From NCBI GenBank assembly GCA_964016885.1, contig OZ024742.1:257362001-257426000 (forward strand): 64,000 bases of DNA. The letters are read 5' to 3'. Below the pieces are notes generated by a model. That model saw only the letters and a list, made by a program, of their open reading frames with translations, was not told the DNA's origin and did no database searches. The DNA comes from Eledone cirrhosa (Eukaryota). Made by a program: the position numbers and the translations under genes. This document shows positions 14,594 through 26,480 of the stretch, piece after piece. Position 1 is the first letter of the stretch. Each line of letters opens with the position of its first letter.

Positions 14594-14873
14594 TACCCAT
14601 CTGCCAGATAGTTGAACGTTCGAAAGTATATTTAGCGCCGCTAAACTGATACGTGCATATATGTATGTGTACCTGTATGCATATGTATATATATATGTAT
14701 ATATATATATATATGTGCATGCTACTGTACGTCTGTATACATATATGTATGTACGTATACATGCATACTTACATTTAAGTAAGTGCCATACTAAGAGTGA
14801 GAAATGAAATTTCGTTTTCATTTTGTTTCAATTTATCGTTTTCGGTATGCCTGACCGATTTAACTCACTCAAT

Positions 14874-14881
14874 ATGCAAAT
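14874..14881 (+). promoter_or_regulatory. Octamer motif ATGCAAAT within the array unit (also as ATTTGCAT in three direct units)
   Basis: Exact consensus match about 75 nt upstream of the hammerhead; function is inference. Confidence 0.3.
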
Positions 14882-14954
14882 TAGGCTGCTCAGCCGTTAA
14901 TTTTCATAAGGAAAGTATATACTTTCGAACGTTCAACTATCTGGCAGATGGGTA

Positions 14955-14999
14955 AACGGTGCTGATGATAGCTAACAAGCTTGAAACTAGTACATCGTT
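14955..14999 (+). ncRNA. Minimal type I hammerhead ribozyme, copy 5 (inverted arm)
   Basis: CTGATGA at 14962-14968, GAAA at 14983-14986, predicted cleavage after A14992. Confidence 0.9.
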
Positions 15000-15300
15000 C
15001 CTGTGTCAGTGTTGAACAAAAAGGTGACGTGGTTGCCTTAACACCGTATGGCATAAATTCAGGCTGTTCAGTTTGTTTACAAACGAACAAAGCGACGTTA
15101 GCGCCGCTAAACTGATACGTGCATATATGTATGTGTACCTGTATGCATATGTATATATATATGTATATATATATATATATGTGCATGCTACTGTACGTCT
15201 GTATACATATATGTATGTACGTATACATGCATACTTACATTTATATATATATATATATATATATATTGGAAAATATGTGAGATCCTTGGTACAGTTAGGT

Positions 15301-15450
15301 ATATTTGAAAAAAAGGAAAGAATTACTTTACTTGTAGTGTTAAAAAGTTGTTTATGATTTAATGTTATAATATAAAATTATAACATTAAATCATAAAAAA
15401 AAGTGTTAACACTACAAGTGACGTCATTCTTTTCCTTTTTATTAAATATA
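15301..15450. repeat. Imperfect ~150-bp foldback (inverted repeat)
   Basis: ACTTGTAGTGTTAA / TTAACACTACAAGT and TTTATGATTTAATGTTATAAT / ATTATAACATTAAATCATAAA arms centred near 15375. Confidence 0.8.
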
Positions 15451-15470
15451 TATATATATATAAATATATA

Positions 15471-16607
15471 TATCAAATATATAGATTTACATATACATAA
15501 ACTAGACAGGGCCATAGATATATATATGTGTGGTTTTGACAAAAATTCCCGATGTCGCTCAATGACGAATTAATTAATTAAATAATCAACAATCAGAGCA
15601 ATATACAAGAAAGTACTTCCATAGAATGATTTGATAAAATATATACAGTATTTCCTCTCCCAATCTGCATAATCAACCACACAAAAAATCAATTAAACAA
15701 GGCTATAATAATAAAAGGCACCTATGAAGAAACAATAGATAAATCAACAACGGCTATTTTATTCGCGATCAAGAGCCACAGTATTACTAAAAGCCGTGGA
15801 AATCGATTAGATATATAGCCAATCCATACACAATTGTGTACAAAATCAAAGTTAGAAGAAAAAATGTATATAAGCATACCAAAATTATGTCTCTACCTCA
15901 AGGGATTTCATTCGCTTTTCGGAAATATCCGATCAAGGATAAATTTACGAGTTTTGAAATCATCAGGAAACACACTCAATTGGACAAATATTTTTCTTGA
16001 TTGATCCCCACCAGAAACGAATTCAAAATGGCTAAGAACTGTGACATGGCTAGTGGTCAAGTCAGAAAGTTTGTGATTGGTGCCTTACGTCAAATGGGCT
16101 GGTGGCTAGAAAGCACAGCCGAATACCGCCTAAAATTAATTCTCAACCATATGGGAGATTATCAAATATATAGATTTACATATACATAAACTAGACAGAG
16201 CCATAGATATATATATGTGGTTTTGGCAACCATTCAGCATGTGGCTCAATGACGAATTAATTAATTAATTAATCAACAATCAGAGCAATAATCAAGAACG
16301 TACGTCCATAGAATCATGTGATAAGATATATACAGTATTTTCTCTCACAATCAGCATAATCAACCACACAAAAAATCTATATATCTAATCGATTTCCACG
16401 GGATATTAGAAATGCTGGGTAAATATTCAGTGGCTGTTGATCACGAATAAAATAGCCATCGTTTATTTATCTATTGTTTCTTCATAGGTGCATTTTAATC
16501 TTATAGCATTGTGTAATTGATTTTATGTGTGGCCGATTATGCTGATTGTGAAAGGAAATACTGTATGTATTTTATCAAATGATTCTATGGATGTACTTTC
16601 TTGTATA
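15471..16607. repeat. ~690-bp-period non-coding element with terminal redundancy and inverted segment, (TA)n-flanked
   Basis: 15471-15690 recurs at 16160-16377; 16378-16607 is the diverged reverse complement of about 15603-15818. Confidence 0.8.
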
Positions 16608-16609
16608 AA

Positions 16610-16655
<46 letters not shown>

Positions 16656-16689
16656 GATGTTGACTTGTTCTTCTTTTTGGTATATATCA

Positions 16690-16974
16690 TCTTGGTTAAG
16701 AGAGTGGGACTGGCTTTGTGCAGTGCCTTTGCTTACTATAAAAGCTTCACGGCACAGGCATTGCTTTATATCTGGAGATCTCTCTGCACTTGTCGTCACA
16801 TGGTACCATGGGCCCAACACTATGTGTCAATAATTGTCACAAGTGTAGTGTTTGTACCAGAGTTTTCAAGTCGCTGGCTGGACTAAAAAGTCACACTCGT
16901 TCAGCGCATCGGTAAGGGTTCTCCTACAAGGATATAAAGTAGTGGCCGTACTCGAAAACGAGTTGGCAGCCACC

Positions 16975-16976
<2 letters not shown>
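16690..16976 (+). mobile_element. 3' end fragment of an RTE-like LINE with C-terminal C2H2 zinc finger
   Basis: 16829-16915 reads NNCHKCSVCTRVFKSLAGLKSHTRSAHR*, followed by a 3' hairpin (GTGGC..CTCG AAAA CGAG..GCCAC) and a (TA)n tail. Confidence 0.6.
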
Positions 16977-17026
<50 letters not shown>

Positions 17027-17878
17027 TTTTGTCTCTTCCTTGAAGTACTGTTGAATAGGAAACACAAGTTTAACTATTGAAAACCAAAACAATGCGCATG
17101 AAGAATGTTAAATTGCCAAGATAACAAAATAACCTTACCCTAGCAAATTGAACGATCCCAATATATATATATCGGTACGGTTGCCATGACGTATTGTGAG
17201 AACGTAATAAGCAGATCATAGGGTACAGTGAGAGCCGGAACAATGTGAATAGGGGTGGGTTAAAATGAGTCGGAAAAACAAAACGGTATAATGGAAGCAT
17301 TGCCAGGAAGATACACATGAATGGAAAAGGCCGGTCGACCACTATTGCTTATTCTGTACGAAAACACCAAGAGAATTGCAGCATTCTAGATTCAGATGTC
17401 ACCATAGAAGATACTGAGCGAAACGTGGGTAATTTGGGGATAAAATAAACCCTTCTTAAAAGCAACTCTAATCAAAAGATCATTTATAAATTTCAGGTAA
17501 ATGGAACAGTCAGTATCTTATGTCCGGTCTACTTATGTCACATTTTAACTCACATATAAGCATTTACTCACCCATACACACAGAGATAAATAAAATTCGC
17601 GTACACTTGATTTTCGGAGGATTGTCACAAATCACACTCACATAAATTTAAACAGTTTACAGTCAGAGCCTTATATTTTGCATTAAGTGAAAATAAATAT
17701 TCTATCCCGTGAGATACCAGACACATAGTGGGACAGAGATGCATCTCTCCATCTTGCTTAACATTTGAAAATCCTAAAATTTTAAAACCGTTAAAATTAT
17801 TATTAAATGAATTTCAAAATCTTCAATTGTATGTTCAACTTCTTTTCTCTATGATATGATATAATAACATGACATAAT

Positions 17879-17923
<45 letters not shown>

Positions 17924-18223
17924 AGAACAAAAGATGGTTAAAAGAGTTTTTGTTCTTATATATTATGTATACTTCAGTCCTACAAACTGTAGAGTGCTTC
18001 TTATCCGATATCTGCATTGCTTTATTGTACTAAAATAAAACTCACCTCTTACATATATATATATATATATATATATATAAATGTTGAGTTGTTTACCGAT
18101 ACCTCAGTATGCAGATTGCAGCACTCGACGAGTAGGCAAGTTGGTTTGTTTACTCCGGAGTAATGTAAAATAATTAATTTAAATATGTTAAATTTGGCTT
18201 CATTTATTATAAATTATAGATAT

Positions 18224-18278
18224 ACTGGTATATATATTTCGGTGACAGCCATCATTGGCTGTGACCTCTTCAGGCAGT
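18224..18278 (-). ncRNA. Type I hammerhead ribozyme in the PLE pLTR (slightly decayed)
   Basis: ACUGC-CUGAAGA-GGUCACAGCC(AAUGAU)GGCUGUCACC-GAAA-UAUAUA-UA^CCAGU; one mismatch each in stems I and II (the sister copy has the pairing GCAGU). Confidence 0.75.
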
Positions 18279-18652
18279 CCGAATTGGTGTGGGGAAGACA
18301 GGTACACAGGTTGTTGAAGTGTGTTTTACTCTATAAATATATCGATATGTCCAGCTCCTTGTTGTGTTGTTATTTCCTTGAGGAATTGGATTCATATGAG
18401 TTAGAAAAAACTAATTGCGGCGTCATAGGACACGCTTGCATCCCATTGGTCAGTTGTGAGAACATTCCTAAGTCAGAAGTCTATAGAAATGTTTCTGAGG
18501 CAAGCAAATCTGTTGAAGTTGTTTTTGTTTAAGTACAGCTGACCTCCTTCATTGTGTTGGTAGTGGTAGTGGGAACGCAAACAGACCCAGAAAACTACCC
18601 TATATTACGCAACGACAACCCCACATTAGGCACTGTGTGATCGACCCCGTCC

Positions 18653-19060
18653 TGCAAATGCAAAACCCCTATATTATGCCCCCTTAGTAATGAATGCCTA
18701 AGGAATAACTTAATATACGGATGTAGATTATAAACCCACAACTCTGAGCACATTTACATAGGAGCCACATCAGCGAGCTTCAAAGACCGATGGTATAGCC
18801 ATCGCCATTCCTTTAATAGGGAGGACAAAAGGAAAAGTACGGCTCTTTCCGAACTGATCTGGAAGCTCAAACTGGACAGCACCCTGTACTCTCGGCCTGG
18901 TCCCAAATCAGGAAAGTACCACCTTATAGAGGGGGATCTGGCATCTGCAAACTATGTCTGAGCGAGACCCACAAGATACTCAGCGGTGGAAGCAGCCTTA
19001 TAAATCTCAGGACCGTCTTCTTTGGTACATGTAGACACCTCATTGCCAGGAACTTCCTCA
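18653..19060 (+). pseudogene. Penelope-like GIY-YIG endonuclease remnant (Cys-rich, Naiad/Neptune-like)
   Basis: CKC...CPL...CL..NLIYGC..*...IYIGATSASFKDRWYSHRHSF...STALSELIWKLK, a frameshift, then CKLCLSE...LINLR...CRH. Confidence 0.85.
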
Positions 19061-19263
19061 AGCTATATGGATAATAACAACATATTGGGATGGGAACTTC
19101 CCTCAAGCTATAAGGGCAGTTACCCCGCCACACCGAGCCCAAAGTAAACCACCACCTACACAGTCACCAATCGACTCCTGTAGCTACACATACATATATA
19201 TATATGTCCATACATAGATACTGTTGTTTAAAATTATACATACATAGATACTTACATGTATGT

Positions 19264-19352
<89 letters not shown>

Positions 19353-19362
19353 ATATGTGTAC

Positions 19363-19414
<52 letters not shown>

Positions 19415-20139
19415 GGAATGCACCTGAGCCTGTGTGTGTGCGTGTGTGCTTACAACGTTGTGCGTTGACATACACGCATATATACTTCATGCCGAAATAG
19501 GAACTGTAGTCCTTTGCATTTCCGGATTCTGACACTCAGGTTTTTGGTGTTTTATACTCCACTTTTATCACATTCGCTCTTAAAACGCACCACTCGATGA
19601 TATTTTAAGAATTGCAATTCTTTCCACCTCTCGATTTTGACACACAGGTTTTCTACTTCAGTTAATATTTTTCAAATCTTTAAATGTTGATATTGGTTGT
19701 AACACACATGCATTTTTTATTTTTTATTTCTTTGGCACACCCACCACGGAAAATGGTGGCAGGGTAGATGCCAACCTACACACACACATTCTTCTGAACA
19801 TAGCAGCAGCGCACTGAAGCTGACCTGCCAGCTGACCCCTTAACACCACTACCACTAGCAGCACAATGGAGGAGGTCAGCTGTACTCAAACAAGACAACT
19901 ACAACAGATTGGCTTGCCTCAGAAAGATTTCTATAGACTTCTAACTGAGGAATGTTCTCACAACTGACCAATGGGATGCGAGCGTGTCCTATGACGCTCA
20001 AATTCGTTTATTCTAACTCATATGATTACAGTTCCTCAAGGAAATAACAACACAACCAGGTTGCTGGACATATCGATGTATTGACGGAGTAAAACACACT
20101 TCAACAACATGTGTACCCGTCTTTCCCACACCAATTTCG

Positions 20140-20185
20140 ACTGCTGAAGAGGTCACAGCGAATGATGGCTGCCATATATAGCAGT
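20140..20185 (+). ncRNA. Defective hammerhead (GAAA deleted) in the second PLE arm
   Basis: CTGAAGA-GGTCACAGC...GGCTG..TATATAGCAGT, homologous to 18224-18278 but lacking CCGAAA. Confidence 0.5.
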
Positions 20186-20231
20186 ATATCTATAATTTAT
20201 AATAAACAAAGGCAAATTTTACATTTTTGAC

Positions 20232-20335
<104 letters not shown>

Positions 20336-20943
20336 ATCCGTTGGGGGTGACATTTTATATTCTGATTCCACATACGGCTTGGTGTTGATTTTGGAAATAA
20401 ATTAACAAATATTAATAAGTATACGATCCCGCCTATACCTCGCATCGCGCGCCACCCTTATCTCTGCGTTTTGAATACTGAAGGTTTAAGGAACTGTAAA
20501 CTTGTTTTAATGCTATTAACTTTGTATTGATGAAATATTAATTATATAACTATATACAAATAATATGCATTCCGCCCGACCCCACCTGAAAAATCGGTTA
20601 TTGGAATCTATTTATTTATATAGTTTGTATAATTTTTTTAAATAATAAAACCTATATTAAGAAAAAGAGGTTCAGCGTATAAATAACGTAAATTCTTAAT
20701 GACTATTATGATATGCATAAAAAAAAGCATGCTCGAACCTAAAACGAAATACATAAACACTGAACACCATAAATTAAGCATTAATAGTATTTTCCAGTCG
20801 AAGTAATGTAAACTTTCTCTTGAGGTAAACTTGCTATGAATGTGTGCCTATTTTCGTAGCCTATACTGACTTCAGAATCTTTTGTCTCTAAATGTATAGC
20901 AGGTCCGACTCATTGGCTATGAGAGGAAAGAGGTACTGCTGTA

Positions 20944-21012
<69 letters not shown>

Positions 21013-21014
21013 TA

Positions 21015-21852
21015 TATAATTATACGTTTGAAGAATAGTCAGTCAAAATATATCCAATGTGTTCTAGTTAGTCTTAGAAATTAACTTGATAAATAATCAT
21101 TTAAACGGAGTTATGTTAAACATGTAACATTGAAGAGATGACAGATAAATGTTATCGATATTCCTTTATGAGTATCAGTCAGATAACATGTACCTCATCG
21201 TTCCTCTGTTCCGAGAAAGCAACTAGACGAATAATCATTTCAACTGAGCTACGTCTAAAACAAGTTTAAAGAAAATATATAGATAAACGTTACCAAATAT
21301 TCTCCCATTCAGGATAGCTTTTCTCGTAATTTGTGGGAATGTCTAATAGTTGCATTATCGATGTGGCTTAGAGATTTTCAATAGACTCCCACAGTTAGGA
21401 TCAAAATTTCCTAATTGATCGCCGTCAGTAACGAATTCTAAAGGGGTGAAGATCGTCACGTGGCTTTCAATCAAGAGAGAATTGTTGTGAAGGGTAGGCC
21501 GGTGTCAGGTAAGTTCATTGCTAGAAGAAGCAGTTAATTACCGTTTAAGTTTTACTCAACCGTATGGGTGTATAGGATAAAGTCATAAGGACGTATGTAT
21601 ATTTAAACATAATTACAGACACATATATGAGTGTTGGCTACATTCAACGGTTTGGCTCGATGACTGATGAATTAAATAGATAATTATCAAACAGAGGTAT
21701 AAAAAATTATATGTTTGAAGAATAGTCACTCAAAGTTTATCCCAGTTTTTCTTCTTAGTCCATATCAATTAACTAGATAAATAATAATTTCAAAGAAGTT
21801 AAAATGTAAATTTGATGAAATAACTGATAAATGTTTTCGATGTTCCTTTATG
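21015..21852. repeat. ~687-bp-period element with terminal redundancy, microsatellite-flanked; related to 15471-16607
   Basis: 21021-21170 recurs at 21708-21852; 21625-21697 resembles 16215-16285. Confidence 0.65.
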
Positions 21853-21861
21853 ATATATATG

Positions 21862-22001
<140 letters not shown>

Positions 22002-22027
22002 CGGCGATGAATCGTGTGTCGAAACAA

Positions 22028-23344
22028 ATATTGTTATACTTTGAGAGGGTCATATTTGTGTAATATTGCCAGAATTAATAACAGAACAAACTCACTGTTT
22101 GGTTGGTTTTCGCTTGTCGCTTCTGTATCTTTTATATCGGTAATCTAACTTACTCTGTTCTCAATGTTGCCATTGACTGACCGACGGTAAAAAATAATAC
22201 AGATACAATATAGACACAAACACATATATATAGTTTATCATAAATCTTTCGGTGCACATCTGCAACATCGTCAGTGGTGTTATATTTTCCTCCTGTTGTA
22301 TTGTATGTCTACGCCATTTTTATTCAGTCTGTCTATATATTTATTTTTTTTTTATTTCCTTGTTTGTTTATTTTATTTTGTCTTCTTTGCGCATGCGTTT
22401 GCGTGTGTGTATAGTGTTTTGTTTGCTGTGTGATGGGTGGCTCGTGTGTGTTTATGTGCTTGTTGTTATTGTGGTTGTGTATGTATTTATTTATTTATTT
22501 ATTTTATTTTATTTACTTATTTATACTTCTCTTAGGTCAGTGTTGTTTTTTTGGGTGTTTTTGTTATTCCATTCATTCTTTCTGTTTAGCCTTGGTCTTC
22601 TAATTTCTATGTTGTCTATGTTACCGTCGTGTTGTTGTCTAGCATGTTCGTATAGTATACTATACGAACATGCTAGACATCAACATGACAGTAACATAGA
22701 CAACATAGAAATTAGAATAATATCTAAACATAGAAATGACCCAGCAGATAGGCAAATCAGAGAGGCCAGTGATATAGAAATTAGAAGACCAAGGCTAAAC
22801 AGAAAGAATGAATGGAATAACAACAACACCCAAACAAACAACACTGACCTAAGAGAAGTATAAATAAAGTAAATAAAATAAAATAAATAAATAAATACAT
22901 ACACAAGCACAATAACAACAAGCACATAAACACACACTAGCCACCCATCACACAGCAAACAAAACATTATACACACACGCAAGCGCATGCGCAAAGAAGA
23001 CAAAATAAAATAAACAAACAAGCAAATAAAAAAAAATATATATAGACAGACTGAATAAAAATGGCGTAGACATACAATACAACAGGAGGAAAATATAACA
23101 CCACTGACGCTTTTGCAGATGTGCAACGAAAGATTTATGATAAACTATATATATATGTTTGTGTCTATATTGTATCTGTATTATTTTTGACCGTCGGTCA
23201 GTCAATGGCAACATTGAGGACCGAGTAAGTTAGATTACCGATATAAAGGACACAGAAGCGAGAAGCGCGAAAACCAACCAAACAGTGAGTGTGTTCTGTT
23301 ATTAATTCTGGCAATATTACACAAATATGACCCTCCCCAAGTAT

Positions 23345-23349
<5 letters not shown>
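22028..23349. mobile_element. Palindromic Penelope-like insertion (two inverted 3' ends) between (TA)n tracts
   Basis: Arms of about 630 and 690 bp with scattered substitutions, centred on CTAGCATGTTCGTATAGTATACTATACGAACATGCTAG (about 22656). The right arm encodes a GIY-YIG C-terminus (IEIRIISKH...RQIREASDIEIRRPRLNRKNEW). Degenerate CTGACGA...GAAA motif at about 22240-22280 (-) and 23100-23140 (+). Confidence 0.75.
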
Positions 23350-23387
<38 letters not shown>

Positions 23388-24334
23388 TAAATACATAGTA
23401 ACATTTATCAAGGCCCGTCTACTATTACAAATGTAAGAATTTGAAGATGTGCGCATTCCAAGCGCAAAATGTATCTGTAATATTATGTGATCATTTATGA
23501 TGATTAAGTTAAGCACGAAATATGACTAGAGTTGTCTACTAAAACCTTTTCATTACAAAAAGGAAAATTTCCAAAGCAGCATGTTCTCCCAATCGCCTAA
23601 GTAATGTTATTGATATTCTTTATAAACCACTGTGTACCTACATACCAACATTCATTCCGAATGATATTGATTTGTTGGTACATCTATGGAAACCATCAGA
23701 AACAAATTCAGTGATACTTTTGATGTGATAAACTGCTACATTATTACACATGATCTGAGAAAACAGCGATGAAATATTGGATGGAAAATACGGAGATATG
23801 ATTTCCAGTAGATTTACAATTTACAACATATTAAATGTTATTATTATTCTTGGTGATTGACTGATGTATCGGTGGAGCGTTGGACAACATGCGTTTCGGC
23901 ATATTGTTACGTCTTTTTACAAATAGGACGTACATACATGAGAACCACATTTGCTCCATCATTTAGTAAGCGGATATTCAGCAAATATATCAACACAAAT
24001 TACACAATAATAATATTTATATATACAAATGTAACTTTAATCGCTAATTTCTCACTGTATCAAATATCCACATTGTGAGGAATTCTACATTCGTCACAGG
24101 AAGAGACTACCGCCATTGTATTAGCAACAAATAAAAATAAATACTGAGCCTAAAAGGAGTGTTATCTCACTTAAAAAGCTCGTACATGATCCAGTAGACA
24201 TCCACGTTTTCGTCGTACCTTCTCAGAACAACACTACTGCTTATTAATTCAAATCAACCGGCTTTTGCTCTGTATTCAAATGAGTATCAGCGGCCGATGT
24301 TCATAATTATATACGTTGTAGTATACACACACAC

Positions 24335-24411
<77 letters not shown>

Positions 24412-24438
24412 GACATACATACACTCACACACACTCTC

Positions 24439-24495
<57 letters not shown>

Positions 24496-24757
24496 GTTCT
24501 TTTCGTCTTTTGTAAGCCTGAGTACACATTGTACCTTTGTATAGTGTTTGAATACAATGTTTTTTTTTTGTATGCAAAATAACAGTTTCTCGTGTCTCTC
24601 CCGAGGACGTACCGATCTGAGACGGAATGGAATTCAAATATTAATTTAAACTATTTGGTTCATTGATTATATGTACTGGCTCGGTATAAAGAAACAATTG
24701 TTGAGAGGAATGAGTAATTGGGATTAGCAACCTTGTTTTTCATTCTGTATTATGTAT

Positions 24758-24867
24758 ATAATTGTTTCTACTTTAGGCACAAGGCCAGCAATAACCCAGT
24801 GCATTACTGGTACTTTATTTTATCGACCCCGTAAGGATGAAAGACAAAGTTAACCTCGGCGGGGTTT
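24758..24867 (-). mobile_element. tRNA-derived SINE family A, 5'-truncated
   Basis: Reverse complement of the core TTTCATCCTTACGGGGTCGATAAAATAAAGTACCAG...GGCCTTGTGCCTAAAGTAGAAACAATT, as at 42412 and 52181. Confidence 0.85.
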
Positions 24868-25138
24868 CTATTATGTATATAATACAAACAAACGATGTTT
24901 CTTTTGCAGGTTTTATTAAATTCAAACCCACCGGCTTTTGCTCTGTATTCAAATGAGTACGTACGTTCCACAAATGATTGAGTGAAAGTCAACTAGCCAA
25001 CGTACCGACCACTCTCCAGCATCAATCTTTTCGTCAGACTTGGTAATTCAAGTTTCGTTTGCATGTTAAAAGAAAAACATTAGATTTTTTTTTTTAACAT
25101 GTAATAATAATAGAATATAAATCCAAACATTTAATAAT

Positions 25139-25424
25139 GTAAACTAACACGAGAAACAGAACCTTAGCGTCGTATGAATCATCAGCTACCTTCTAGACCA
25201 ACATGTTTTCTCGTGTGAAAAGGAAGGAGCGTGTATATAAGGATAGCCCCGTGCTCTCTTGTTCCCCTATTCCAGAGTCAAAACAACAAAAATTTAGATG
25301 TTGTTGCCTGGTCTAGCCCTGTATACATAATCCAACCTTTTTTTTGCGACGAGAAACCATGCTGGTCTAGAAGGACGCTGATGATTCATATGACGCTAAA
25401 GTTCTATTCTTCTTGTTAGTTTAC
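25139..25424. mobile_element. MITE-like element with ~76-bp imperfect terminal inverted repeats
   Basis: 25139-25215 is the reverse complement of 25349-25424 (GTAAACTAAC...GTTAGTTTAC); about 130-bp spacer; no clear TSD. Confidence 0.65.
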
Positions 25425-25689
25425 TTTCTTCATCCTTTCTTTTATATTTTAATTCATTTTTCAAAATTCTCCAAATATTCTGCTCCATCGATCTGATACC
25501 ACTTTTTCCTTCTCCTCTCTTACGATTTCTCAGACTCTTTTTCTTTTCCAATGGCTTAAAATAGGGATACATTTTAACTCCTACGCATTTTAGCATGGTA
25601 TTCTTTTATACTTGTTGACGCTTACAGAGACACCAACACATGTGTAAGTATCAAATACAATTTTTTTTTAATGGCATCTATAACTTCAT

Positions 25690-26480
25690 CAGATTCATCG
25701 GCAAGAAACATAGCAAGGGGAGATGGCCCGATACATTTTTCCGATTATTTTGAAATCAGTGCTAGCTGAGAAAGTGATATGCAAGCGGGCTTGGGTGTAT
25801 ATTCCCAAGTCTATAACGATTTGAGTCTCACTACAAACAGCATGAAATCCAAAGTGATGCAGCGACCCACACCTGACATCTCCTACAATAAAGCCATTAT
25901 CATCATAAAAGGAAATAAAAACAAAGAATATTTGATAACTTCGTCAACCTGGGTAACAATCTCTACAAAAGAGTAAATATTGGTGAAGTAGATTGCAGGA
26001 TCTGTAGAGCCAGGTCAGCATTTGTCAGTATGATGCAAAACGTATGGAACAGGAATGGCCTCAGCTTCAAGATTTAAAAATCTTCAAACCCGTCATTGTT
26101 CTCTCTCTTCTCTATAGAGGTGAGACCTGGACAATCGACAGCGATCAAGCTGGGAAGATCAAGTCGTTCTATATGCGATGCTTTGGGAATATTATCATGG
26201 TCAAGGAAAAAGAAAGTAATTCCGATGTTAGAGAAGGCGGTATTAGAAAGTAAAAAGGTATTCACAACATTCTCAAAACTTCTGTGTGCCGTATCAACGG
26301 AAACCATCTTGCAAAGAAGCTTTGATTTGCGACTTTCCATAGAGAATACCTTATCAGGGAAGAACAGTGGAGCACAAGAACGACTTTCTAGAAAGCTGCA
26401 ATATCATGCATGGTGAGTGTGAATTTGCACCTCATGCGAGATTCCGATGGAGGGACATTGGTTCCCAGGAACAACCTTTT
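25690..26480 (+). mobile_element. Decayed RTE (BovB-like) LINE RT/C-terminal fragment
   Basis: KIFKPVIVLSLLYRGETWTI...FYMRCFGNI motif (26044-26253); upstream RICRARSAF. Confidence 0.7.

Larger units (their letters stand above)
12846..15243. mobile_element. Hammerhead-ribozyme tandem array (candidate non-LTR retrozyme): 466-bp unit, ~3.8 direct copies (12846-14631) + ~1.3 inverted copies (14632-15243), flanked by (TA)n
   Basis: Units start at 12846, 13314, 13780 and 14246. They are near-identical (3 substitutions seen in unit 3, one extra TA in unit 1), have one hammerhead per unit and no credible ORF. Confidence 0.85.

Noticed and set aside
12861-15357. Repeated 60-112 aa ORFs in the 466-bp array; CRISPR-like periodicity
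   Set aside because: The ORFs run through low-complexity sequence, shift frame in unit 1 and have no domain. The units are whole-length repeats with no unique spacers, in a eukaryotic context.
16829-16915. Host C2H2 zinc-finger gene
   Set aside because: A single finger followed by a stop, 3' hairpin and microsatellite tail fits an RTE LINE C-terminus better.
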